From: an uncultured archaeon
GTDB lineage: Archaea > Asgardarchaeota > Thorarchaeia > Thorarchaeales > Thorarchaeaceae
Assembly (NCBI GenBank): GCA_964590575.1
Contig: CAZPWM010000054.1
Span: forward strand, 1 to 20,458
Length of the DNA stretch: 20,458 nt
Direction of reading: 5' to 3'
Positions 1 through 7,834 of the stretch are shown in pieces. Position 1 is the first letter of the stretch, and each line of letters opens with the position of its first letter. Made by a program: the position numbers and the translations under genes. A model generated the notes under the pieces. The model saw only the letters and a list, made by a program, of their open reading frames with translations, was not told where the DNA came from and searched no databases.

Positions 1-273
1 AATATCGTTGTGTATCCAGGGGACTTCCAAGATGTCATTGCAAATGTAAGTGCCGCTGCGGGACTTTGGCCATTAGGTCCAAGAAGACTTGACCTCTCTC
101 TTGTGAATGGAACCATAGAGCTTGATAGCATGTATTTGGAAATGAATGTAATCGCTCCAGAAACCACTACAACACCTGGTGGTATTCTTGGAATTCCAAT
201 TGAAACAATTGTAATATCTATTATTGCTACTCTACTCGTTGTGGCAGTAATCTTAGCACTGAGGCGGAGGTGA
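1..273 (+). CDS. C-terminal part of a membrane-anchored surface/secreted protein (5' end outside window)
   Basis: Frame is open from base 1 (NIVVYPGDFQ...). It ends in a Thr-rich linker (ETTTTPGG), a hydrophobic helix (IVISIIATLLVVAVILAL) and a basic tail RRR, then TGA. Confidence 0.8.
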   Translation, partial: NIVVYPGDFQDVIANVSAAAGLWPLGPRRLDLSLVNGTIELDSMYLEMNVIAPETTTTPGGILGIPIETIVISIIATLLVVAVILALRRR

Positions 274-280
274 GAAAATA

Positions 281-922
281 ATGAGTAGTGTTACAAAGAA
301 GTTTGTGGGTATAGATGCGTTATGCAAATATTATCAGGAGCTCGGTATCAAGGCGTCCATACTCCCTGACAAAAGTCCGGAAGCTGTGGAGAAGGGTCAC
401 ATAAAGCAAGATATGGGCTACATAAAAGTCACTGGTCGGGAATTTGATCTTGTCACGATAAGAATGAAGGGGACAACTCGTGGTTCATATGACCTAGGTA
501 AAGTCAAAGGCATTCCTATAGCAACCAAGGAAAAGATACCTTTTGAATACCATCACATAGTGCGAGCTGAAATTGCTAACGAAGGAGCAATGAAGGCCAA
601 GCTCAAAAAGAAGACGAAAGGTATTGTTGGGAAGGAAGTCATAGATGTTTCATGGGAGGGAGGTCGTCTTGCAGAAACGCTAAATTCAGACAACTCACTT
701 AAAGCATCTATAATGAAATTCATTGAACATGAAGACAGCATTAAGATAGAAACCGACAAGAAGAATAAGATTTTCAGGATAGTGTACTCTCGACCTTCAG
801 AGATTAAAAGCGGTCTAGCATACGGGTTCCAGTTCAATAGGAAACTGCTTCCGAAAGAAGCTATAGATGTAATGGACAGGATAGCTTCTCTAGCGAGCAA
901 GTCTGCCAGTAGCAAGAACTAA
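281..922 (+). CDS. Hypothetical protein, 213 aa, Lys-rich, apparently soluble
   Basis: ATG 7 nt after the upstream stop, preceded by SD-like GGAGGTGA. No family recognised. Confidence 0.8.
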   Translation: MSSVTKKFVGIDALCKYYQELGIKASILPDKSPEAVEKGHIKQDMGYIKVTGREFDLVTIRMKGTTRGSYDLGKVKGIPIATKEKIPFEYHHIVRAEIANEGAMKAKLKKKTKGIVGKEVIDVSWEGGRLAETLNSDNSLKASIMKFIEHEDSIKIETDKKNKIFRIVYSRPSEIKSGLAYGFQFNRKLLPKEAIDVMDRIASLASKSASSKN

Positions 923-948
923 CTTTCAACATAGACACATTTATGCCA

Positions 949-1002
949 CCAGAGACCTATAGAGCTCGAAAGGGAATTCCTAGGAGTTTCTATAGTCTCT
1001 GG
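949..1002. terminator. Long imperfect inverted repeat (hairpin), possible terminator or processing element
   Basis: CCAGAGAC-c-TATAGA...TCTATA-GTCTCTGG arms enclose an inner AGG-gaatt-CCT stem, about 27 nt after the stop at 922. Confidence 0.45.
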
Positions 1003-1061
1003 ATATTGTTTAACTTGCTTTGATGTCTTTCCTTATTATTCCAATTTGTCCTCTTTCTGCC

Positions 1062-1499
1062 ATGAAAAAAGTCTATCCTGAGAGAATGTCCCTAACGGAG
1101 GTTTGGCCACATTTTGAAACAGGGGGATTAATCCACCTTTCGACCTTAGATGGGTACCAACCACGTATAAGAATGATGGCTCTGACAGCCCGTGATCAGA
1201 AACTATGGGTTGTAACAAGAACCGGCGATGACAAGGTCACTCAGATACGAAAGAACTCGAATACAGAATTTACTCTTGCAGTTGAAGGAAAAGAGAAAAT
1301 GGGATGTCTAAGAGCGACTGCAGATGCGATTATTGTAGAAGACTCAAATACACGTAAAGAAGTCGCGTCAGTGATACCTTGGTTCACAGGATACTGGAAA
1401 TCATCTCAGGATCCAAATTTCACACTCATTAGACTTGATTTGAAGAAGATACTTTTCGATCATCACGAAACTAGTTCCAAATACACCATTGATTTGTGA
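1062..1499 (+). CDS. Pyridoxamine 5'-phosphate oxidase-like (split-barrel, general stress protein 26-like) protein
   Basis: LSTLDGYQPRIRMM...WVVTRTGDDKVTQIRKNSNTEF...YWKSSQDPNFTLIRL matches the family pattern. ATG 1062 preferred over TTG 1020. Confidence 0.8.
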   Translation: MKKVYPERMSLTEVWPHFETGGLIHLSTLDGYQPRIRMMALTARDQKLWVVTRTGDDKVTQIRKNSNTEFTLAVEGKEKMGCLRATADAIIVEDSNTRKEVASVIPWFTGYWKSSQDPNFTLIRLDLKKILFDHHETSSKYTIDL

Positions 1500-1670
1500 C
1501 CATGTGGTCTAATGTAAGAAAATGTGAAAGAGAGAGTTTGACAGATTTGTTTCTTCCAGTCATTTCAGAATGACTCATGACAGCTATGCATTGAGCTATA
1601 CCTTTTCTCGGTTTTTTTGAGAGAAGTAAACATTACTCAGAGTTCAATTGTCTTGTATCGGGTCATATGA

Positions 1671-2462
1671 ATGAGTAGTTATTCAGTGGAAATTCAACCT
1701 GCGGCAATAGAAGACGCAGACGTTCTTACAGAAACCTGTAGGACAGCGTTTAATTCTGATTCGGATTTTGGAGCTCCTGGACCTGGCGGTCCTCCGGGGT
1801 ACGACTCACTAGAGTGGAACATCGACAAGATTAGGAACCGTTATCTTCACTACTACAAAATTCTTGTAGAAAGTGAAATCGTTGGAGGATTCATAGTTGG
1901 GGATAGAGGTCCGGACTATATGGTATGTGAACGAATCTGGATAGATCCTGACAAGATGAGAAAAGGCATAGGTACAAGGGCATTCAAGTTGGTTTGGAAC
2001 CTGTATCCTTCAGCGGATTTGTGGGTGTTGGGAACTCCAGAGTGGAACACAAGGACAAATCCGTTCTATCAGAGTATTGGTTTTGTGCAGATAGGAAAAA
2101 CACACGAATACTCATGGGATGGAATCTATTATGAGAAGAGAATCACAAATGGATTCCCTAGAGCGATGTCTAGAATTGAAAGCATCCGAGATCGTCAACA
2201 AAGAGTGATTGTCGAAGGACAAGTGGAGCATATTTCAGAACCACGAACAGTATCTTCTCGAAAGACGGGTGAGGAGCTAAAAGTATCTAACGTGACTTTT
2301 TCAGATGACACAGGATCAATCAAGCTTGTTCTTTGGAATCAACAGATACCACAGGTGAAAGTAAACACAAACATACGAATTGAGGAAGGATATGTGAAAG
2401 CATATCGAGATGAACTACAATTGAACATAGGACAATGGGGAATGATTATCACTTTAATCTAA
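1671..2462 (+). CDS. GNAT N-acetyltransferase fused to a C-terminal SSB/RPA-type OB fold
   Basis: GNAT motifs: RIWIDPDKMRKGIGT (acetyl-CoA binding), TPEWNTRTNPFYQSIGF, GGPPGYDS. From residue about 166 an OB fold: VIVEGQVEHISEPRTV...FSDDTGSIKLVLWNQQ...IRIEEGYVKAYRDELQLNIG. Confidence 0.88.
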   Translation: MSSYSVEIQPAAIEDADVLTETCRTAFNSDSDFGAPGPGGPPGYDSLEWNIDKIRNRYLHYYKILVESEIVGGFIVGDRGPDYMVCERIWIDPDKMRKGIGTRAFKLVWNLYPSADLWVLGTPEWNTRTNPFYQSIGFVQIGKTHEYSWDGIYYEKRITNGFPRAMSRIESIRDRQQRVIVEGQVEHISEPRTVSSRKTGEELKVSNVTFSDDTGSIKLVLWNQQIPQVKVNTNIRIEEGYVKAYRDELQLNIGQWGMIITLI

Positions 2463-2467
2463 GAACA

Positions 2468-3691
2468 TCATCCCTGAACTCCAAAACGTTCTTCCATTTC
2501 CTCAGAATAATCATTATTCCGAGTGTATCTAAAGGATACCATGAGAATGACAACTCCAATAGCAACAAGAATAATGGCTGCAATGAAACTGCCGCGATAT
2601 GCATTCGCATTTGAAAAGCCTTGGCCAATTAGAAGGTCTGCAACAGGTCCTGCTATCAAAGTCGCAGCAATCCCCCAGCTTAGGAAGAAGGTTGCGTTAT
2701 AATATGCGAATAATCTACCCCGGTATTCTTTTGGTGCCATCTTTGCAACAATCGAATAGCTTGATGATTGAATAACGACCGATGATGCTCCAATGAGGAA
2801 TGAAGCAAGCAGAGCCAACGTGAAACTAGGCGTGACAATAAGCCAGGAGATACCAAGTATAGCAAATATGATTCCAGACATCATCACCCTATTGTCATCA
2901 GACTTAGCAACTATCGATCCCAGAAGCAATCCAGCCACCATAGATGCAACACTCCCAATATTGCTGAACAGTGCGAGCTCTACTCCGGTAGCGCCAAAAC
3001 CCGTTGGATCCTCAAGGAAGAGGCTAGTTATTATGGCAATAGAGTTTCTCCCAAAATTAATGAATACCAAGGCGACAATGAATATCAAGTATCCAACGCG
3101 AAGCTGGTAGGGAAGCTCACTAAGAGCATAATTCTCTAAGATTTCATTGCTGTCAGATTTCTGTGGTTTTTCCTCCTTTCTTAAGCGGATAGAGAAATAG
3201 ACTATGAAGCTTGAAAATATCATTACAACTGCAGCAATATTGAAGATGCTACCATTTGCGAACCCTCCACGGTCATAAAGAAAACCTCCAAGAAAGGCAC
3301 CACCTATCCCTCCGAACCCTCCAATGATTGAGAACTGTCCCATTAGCTTCTTTCTCTCATCAATCTCAGTCAGTTCAGAAACCAAAGCGGACCATCCAAC
3401 ATTGGACATGCTCCAGAAAACTTCGATTCCTCCCAAGGCAAAGATAATGACATAACCTGCAACAATCAACTGGTTCATACCAAGAAAGAACATGTAACCA
3501 ATGACCATGAAGAAATGTCCAATTCCTGCAAGGAACTCTCCTAAAACTACGAACTCTGTTGGCTTTCGATATCTGTCTAGTAAGTTACCCCAGAGGAAGG
3601 ACTGAGTGAGTGCATTCGCGATCATTCCCACTGTGGCCATCAATGTTACCTCAGTTGTTGAGAGACCTAGTGATCTAAGATAGATAGACAA
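2468..3691 (-). CDS. MFS transporter; probable true start is TTG at 3793 with an in-frame TGA at 3760-3758 (possible pseudogene)
   Basis: Many TM helices; motif-A-like WGNLLDRYRK and APKEYRGRLFAYYN. The called ORF begins within TM1 and the same frame upstream reads EFTGLSTFQILTYFRRSIVYTFLSIYLR. Confidence 0.85.
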   Translation of the reverse strand: MSIYLRSLGLSTTEVTLMATVGMIANALTQSFLWGNLLDRYRKPTEFVVLGEFLAGIGHFFMVIGYMFFLGMNQLIVAGYVIIFALGGIEVFWSMSNVGWSALVSELTEIDERKKLMGQFSIIGGFGGIGGAFLGGFLYDRGGFANGSIFNIAAVVMIFSSFIVYFSIRLRKEEKPQKSDSNEILENYALSELPYQLRVGYLIFIVALVFINFGRNSIAIITSLFLEDPTGFGATGVELALFSNIGSVASMVAGLLLGSIVAKSDDNRVMMSGIIFAILGISWLIVTPSFTLALLASFLIGASSVVIQSSSYSIVAKMAPKEYRGRLFAYYNATFFLSWGIAATLIAGPVADLLIGQGFSNANAYRGSFIAAIILVAIGVVILMVSFRYTRNNDYSEEMEERFGVQG

Positions 3692-3837
3692 GAAGGTGTA
3701 TACTATGGACCTTCGAAAATATGTAAGAATTTGAAATGTAGAGAGTCCAGTGAATTCTCATCCTTTGAGCTTGGAATAACTGAGAAAACTCAAATTGGCT
3801 TTTCGCCACCAATGTCCATCTTAAATACCAATTGTTG

Positions 3838-5685
3838 CTACAATTGGTTGACTCTAGAATTTGGATACACTTTGTTCTGGTTGAACACCAAGCTCTTCAC
3901 AGTAACCGGAAAGACTTGCCCATCATGTAGAGGTGCTCCAATGTCTATCCAGTCCCCTTCCTCAAGAGACAACTCATCAAGACAAATGAGGTTGTGTTGA
4001 ATTGATGTTTCCTGACGAACCATGAGTCCTACCATTTTTCCGATATCACTTTCAAATAGCAAGATAATCATCTTCTTTGCGGAAACGGAGTGCGGGAGAG
4101 AGTCCTCGATGGCTTTAACGAATTCTTGCAGCCAGGTGTAAGAGCGGTAGAGTGAATCTTTGAAGTATAGAGCAACAAGATCCTTACCCTCTATCATATC
4201 GAATTTTGAGAAAGATTGCTGGACCTCTTTTTTAACGTAGTCAGGGCTGTAGTTCTCTTTGGTCACATTTACTGGGATCACGGGAATATTAGCAATTGGA
4301 AAGTCGATACTCTTGTCAAAGTAACAGGTAGATCCAGATACCGAGAGTGTGAATGCACCTGCACCAATAACTGTCGCTCGAATTTTGTTTTCGGGTTCGA
4401 TAATGGGTAATCCAAGTTTTTCAACAAGAGCACGAATTTCTTCTGCAAGATACTTTCCAATATCATTATAGCTCTGTTCACTACCATAATAGATCTCTGC
4501 GACCCCGCCTGAGAAGGAGAACTCGTCGATTGGAATGGTGAAATCCAGATCATCAGTCATCATGAGTTCCTTAGCGATAGGACTCTTTGCAGGACATCTC
4601 ATCACTTCGACTAAGGCTTTCGCAAATTCTCTAGCGATTGATTTTGCATCCTCCTCTGGGATAATATCCCCTAACTGGAATTTCATATCCAACTCTTTCA
4701 TAACGAAAGCGGCTGGTTCATCTATCCTCCAGATCTTGAAATCTTCATCGATCCCAAGTAGTCGACCACCAACATTGATGCAGGATGTACTCCGAACCAA
4801 TCCCTTTGAAGTGATAGCAAGATTACTGGTTCCTCCACCAATGTCCACATTCATAATGGTTCGTTGAGTTTCACGAGAGCGGTTTACAATACCACTTCCC
4901 ATTGCACCAAGAACTGACTCAAAGTTGGGTCCAGCCGCTGCGCTCACGAATTTTCCGGATTCGGAGGATAGCCGCTTGACAATTTCAGCAGCGTTTTGTT
5001 TCTTTGCTGTTTCACCAGTGACCACTACAGCACCAGAATCAACCATCTCGGGTGTGATGCCAGCCTTTTGATATTCATCTTTACAGAATTTTACAATCGC
5101 TTCAATATCAATTGTAAATCGATTGATTAGAGGTGTGAAGATAATCTCACTCTCGTAGATGATTTCACGGTCAATGAGCATGAATCGATTAGTCGGATTA
5201 AGAAAACTTCTCTCTCTACCAAGAGTAAGACACGAAAACACAAGGTGCGATGTTGATGAACCAATATCTATACCCACACTCAACATCTTGAGATGCTCGG
5301 AGCTGTCATACAATTGATATGTTCGGACCTTAGGCTCCGCGCGAGACTTAGATGATTCTAGCATTCTTGATTTCGCTTCTATTTTCCGCTTTTCCGCAGT
5401 TGAAAGAGCTGCATTAAGAATCGGAGTGACCATTCCCATTAATCTATCAAAACTCTCTCCAGGTGGAAGAACAGTGCTGAGTGCAGGTTTGAACTCCTTG
5501 ATGAGATGATGAAGTCTAGAGACCTCTGTGAGAGTTTCGGCTTCGTGCTGTTGTAATAGCGAATCGAAATGATGTGTGAAAGCATCTTCAAGATTAGCTA
5601 CATCAACACCCTTGTGTTCTTCGAGGAATTTACTCACAATTTCGATGATTTGCCATTTCAAGCGGTTAGGATCAACCTCAACCAT
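3838..5685 (-). CDS. eutA: EutA-like (ethanolamine ammonia-lyase reactivase family) ASKHA ATPase, copy 2, with N-terminal extension
   Basis: SVGIDIGSSTSHLVFS, TGETAKKQNA, FVSAAAGPNFES, NVDIGGGTSN, CINVGGRL, FSGGV, IRATVIGAG, CLDEL..GDWIDIGAPL..PVTVKSLVF. ATG 5685 follows a GGTGA SD; TTG 5691 overlapping the upstream stop is the alternative start. Confidence 0.88.
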   Translation of the reverse strand: MVEVDPNRLKWQIIEIVSKFLEEHKGVDVANLEDAFTHHFDSLLQQHEAETLTEVSRLHHLIKEFKPALSTVLPPGESFDRLMGMVTPILNAALSTAEKRKIEAKSRMLESSKSRAEPKVRTYQLYDSSEHLKMLSVGIDIGSSTSHLVFSCLTLGRERSFLNPTNRFMLIDREIIYESEIIFTPLINRFTIDIEAIVKFCKDEYQKAGITPEMVDSGAVVVTGETAKKQNAAEIVKRLSSESGKFVSAAAGPNFESVLGAMGSGIVNRSRETQRTIMNVDIGGGTSNLAITSKGLVRSTSCINVGGRLLGIDEDFKIWRIDEPAAFVMKELDMKFQLGDIIPEEDAKSIAREFAKALVEVMRCPAKSPIAKELMMTDDLDFTIPIDEFSFSGGVAEIYYGSEQSYNDIGKYLAEEIRALVEKLGLPIIEPENKIRATVIGAGAFTLSVSGSTCYFDKSIDFPIANIPVIPVNVTKENYSPDYVKKEVQQSFSKFDMIEGKDLVALYFKDSLYRSYTWLQEFVKAIEDSLPHSVSAKKMIILLFESDIGKMVGLMVRQETSIQHNLICLDELSLEEGDWIDIGAPLHDGQVFPVTVKSLVFNQNKVYPNSRVNQL

Positions 5686-5687
5686 TT

Positions 5688-7739
5688 TCAATCACCCTGT
5701 GAGTATTCCTTGTTTTCGTTAAACACCAGACTCTTCACAGTAACAGGGAAAGATTGAGTAGATTTGAGAGGTGCTCCAATGTCAATCCAGTCTCCTGCTT
5801 CAAGCTGCAACTCGTCAAGACAGAGGATATTGCTCTTTATTGCGGTCTCATCTCGTATTGTGAGTCCCAACCTCTTAGCAAAATCGTAGCCAAAGATCAG
5901 GATAATCAATCTCTTGTTGGCTACAGAATTAGGGAGTGCTTTTTCTAGTGACTTTGCAAATGGGGGAAGCCACTCGTCACCTATGTACTCCTTCGAGTAG
6001 GTTCTCTCTTTAAAGTAAAGAGCAACTATATCCTCACCCTCAACCATATCAAATGTTGTGAATGCTCTTTGGACTTCTTCCACTACCCTTTTTGGGGTAA
6101 ATTCTTCATCACCAAGATTGACAGGAAGAACTGGAATATTGCCTAGTGGAAAATCAATACTATCATCGAAGAATGTAGTTGATCCTGATACTGAAAGAGA
6201 GAAAGCCCCAGCACCAATGACTGTTGCTCGTATCTTGTTCGGAGGTTCAACTACAGGCAACTCGTGTTCTTCTATCAGAGCTTTCAGCTCCTCTGCAAGC
6301 ATCACTCCAATGTCATCAAAGGTTTCTTTGCTACCATAGAACAGCTCCCCAACTCCACCAGAGAAAGAGTAAGCATCTACAGGTATCGAGAAATCCAAGT
6401 CCTCAGTCATCATCAATTCTTTTGCAACTACGCTTTTCGTTGGGCCTTGCATCACTTCAAACAACGCTTTTGCATACCCGCGAGCAACAGTCCTAGCATC
6501 TGATTCAGAGATGATGTCATCGATTTGGTATTCCATACCTAGTTCATTCATGAGAAATTGCGTGGGTCCATCAATCCTCCAGATTTTGAAACCTTTATCA
6601 ATGCCAAGAAGACGACCACCGACGTTGATGCATGATGTGCTGAGGACCTGACCGTTGGATGCGATTGCTAAATTACTCGTTCCTCCTCCGATGTCAATGT
6701 GCAAGATTGATTTCTGACTACGGAGTGATTGATCGACAATCCCACTTCCCAATGCACTTAGAAGTGACTCAAGGTTAGGACCGGCGGCTGCACTGACGAA
6801 TTTCCCTGATTCAGAAGATAGACGCTTTGCTATCTCAGCGGCGTTCTGTTTCTTCGCGGTTTCTCCGGTAACTACGACAGCTCCAGTTTCAACCATATCA
6901 GGGGTTATTCCTGCCTTCTTGTACTCCTGTTTGCAAAAGTCTACGACGGCATCGATATCGATGGTATACCTATCAATCAGAGGAGTGAAGATAATTGAGC
7001 TCTCATAGATGATCTCACGGTTGACGAGATTGAAACGATTTGTTATATTGAAGAAACTGGTCTCTCGTTTTAGTGTGAGCCGTGAAAAGATGAGGTGGGA
7101 GGTGGATGATCCAATATCTATTCCAACACTTAGAACCTTCATGTATTCAACATTGTCTGCAGGTAGATGACCCATTAACATCTCGATCGGTTCGATTATT
7201 TCTTCATCCTCTTTGCCCTCAACTAAAGATTCTTTGTCCTTCTTGGAAATTCGGAGCTTCACCTCTTGCCCACAGTGTACTGGCAAAGGCTCTTCGCCGT
7301 CCGAGTTCAGAATCTGCATCTTCTTGTCGTAAGGGACATCAACTTCTTCGTTACAAACGCCACAATGGAAAGTAATGATGATTGACTGATCGCTCCCCGG
7401 CATCATTGGACCCGTTTTCTCCGAAGCTGGTTTCTTCTTTCGGCGATGAGCCCCTTCCCAAGGAGCTTTGAACATGAATAACATCATCGTGAGGAGCATA
7501 TCAAATTCCTCACATGGCTCTATTACGGACGACAATGTTGGTTTGAAAGAGGTAATGAGTTTGCGAAGCCCTTCGACTTCGGTGAGGGCCTTGAGTTCAT
7601 CCTCGCAGAGTATCTCTCCGTACTTCTGTTCAAATGAATTCGTTAGACTCTCTGCGTCTTCCGTGAAATGCTTCTCAAAGAAACCTTTGACGACTCCAAT
7701 GACACGATGCTTCATGTTGTCGACATTGTCTTCAATCAT
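5688..7739 (-). CDS. eutA: EutA-like ASKHA ATPase, copy 1, with N-terminal helical domain and CxxC...HC metal-binding insert
   Basis: Same complete EutA motif set as copy 2 from residue about 200 on. N-terminal 200 aa extra, including FHCGVC...PVHCGQ. Confidence 0.88.
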   Translation of the reverse strand: MIEDNVDNMKHRVIGVVKGFFEKHFTEDAESLTNSFEQKYGEILCEDELKALTEVEGLRKLITSFKPTLSSVIEPCEEFDMLLTMMLFMFKAPWEGAHRRKKKPASEKTGPMMPGSDQSIIITFHCGVCNEEVDVPYDKKMQILNSDGEEPLPVHCGQEVKLRISKKDKESLVEGKEDEEIIEPIEMLMGHLPADNVEYMKVLSVGIDIGSSTSHLIFSRLTLKRETSFFNITNRFNLVNREIIYESSIIFTPLIDRYTIDIDAVVDFCKQEYKKAGITPDMVETGAVVVTGETAKKQNAAEIAKRLSSESGKFVSAAAGPNLESLLSALGSGIVDQSLRSQKSILHIDIGGGTSNLAIASNGQVLSTSCINVGGRLLGIDKGFKIWRIDGPTQFLMNELGMEYQIDDIISESDARTVARGYAKALFEVMQGPTKSVVAKELMMTEDLDFSIPVDAYSFSGGVGELFYGSKETFDDIGVMLAEELKALIEEHELPVVEPPNKIRATVIGAGAFSLSVSGSTTFFDDSIDFPLGNIPVLPVNLGDEEFTPKRVVEEVQRAFTTFDMVEGEDIVALYFKERTYSKEYIGDEWLPPFAKSLEKALPNSVANKRLIILIFGYDFAKRLGLTIRDETAIKSNILCLDELQLEAGDWIDIGAPLKSTQSFPVTVKSLVFNENKEYSQGD

Positions 7740-7785
7740 GCTTGGTCATTCCTGAATGCCGTTATTAATTGGATGAAACTCAATT

Positions 7786-7834
7786 CATATTTAAACAATA
7801 TGTTTATATATTAAATAATACAATATTGTATTAT
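7786..7834. promoter_or_regulatory. Divergent promoter region with TATA-like boxes and palindromic operator(s)
   Basis: Very AT-rich. TTTATATA at 7803-7810 (+), TTTAAATA at 7795-7788 (-), perfect 20-bp palindrome ATAATACAAT|ATTGTATTAT at 7815-7834, and TAAACA-ata-TGTTTA at 7792-7806. Confidence 0.7.

Noticed and set aside
553-915. 120-aa antisense ORF and the many other 60-166 aa ORFs overlapping long genes (e.g. 2793-3110, 4535-4867, 13642-14142, 14378-14701)
   Set aside because: They lie antisense or out of frame within well-supported genes and show no recognisable motifs; shadow ORFs.
3758-3760. Selenocysteine at the in-frame TGA of the MFS gene
   Set aside because: No redox motif context, the position is in a transporter N-terminal tail, and I see no convincing SECIS near this gene.
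3880-5830. Similar DNA segments at about 3880-3990 and 5720-5830 as a repeat or mobile element
   Set aside because: They are the conserved 3' ends of the two eutA-like paralogues, differing mostly at synonymous sites; this also argues against an assembly duplication.
3838-7739. EutA-like proteins as true actin/MreB cytoskeletal homologues
   Set aside because: They share only the ASKHA fold motifs; the family-specific motifs (TGETA, AGP.LES, IRATVIGAG, DWIDIG.PL, KSLVF) are EutA-type.
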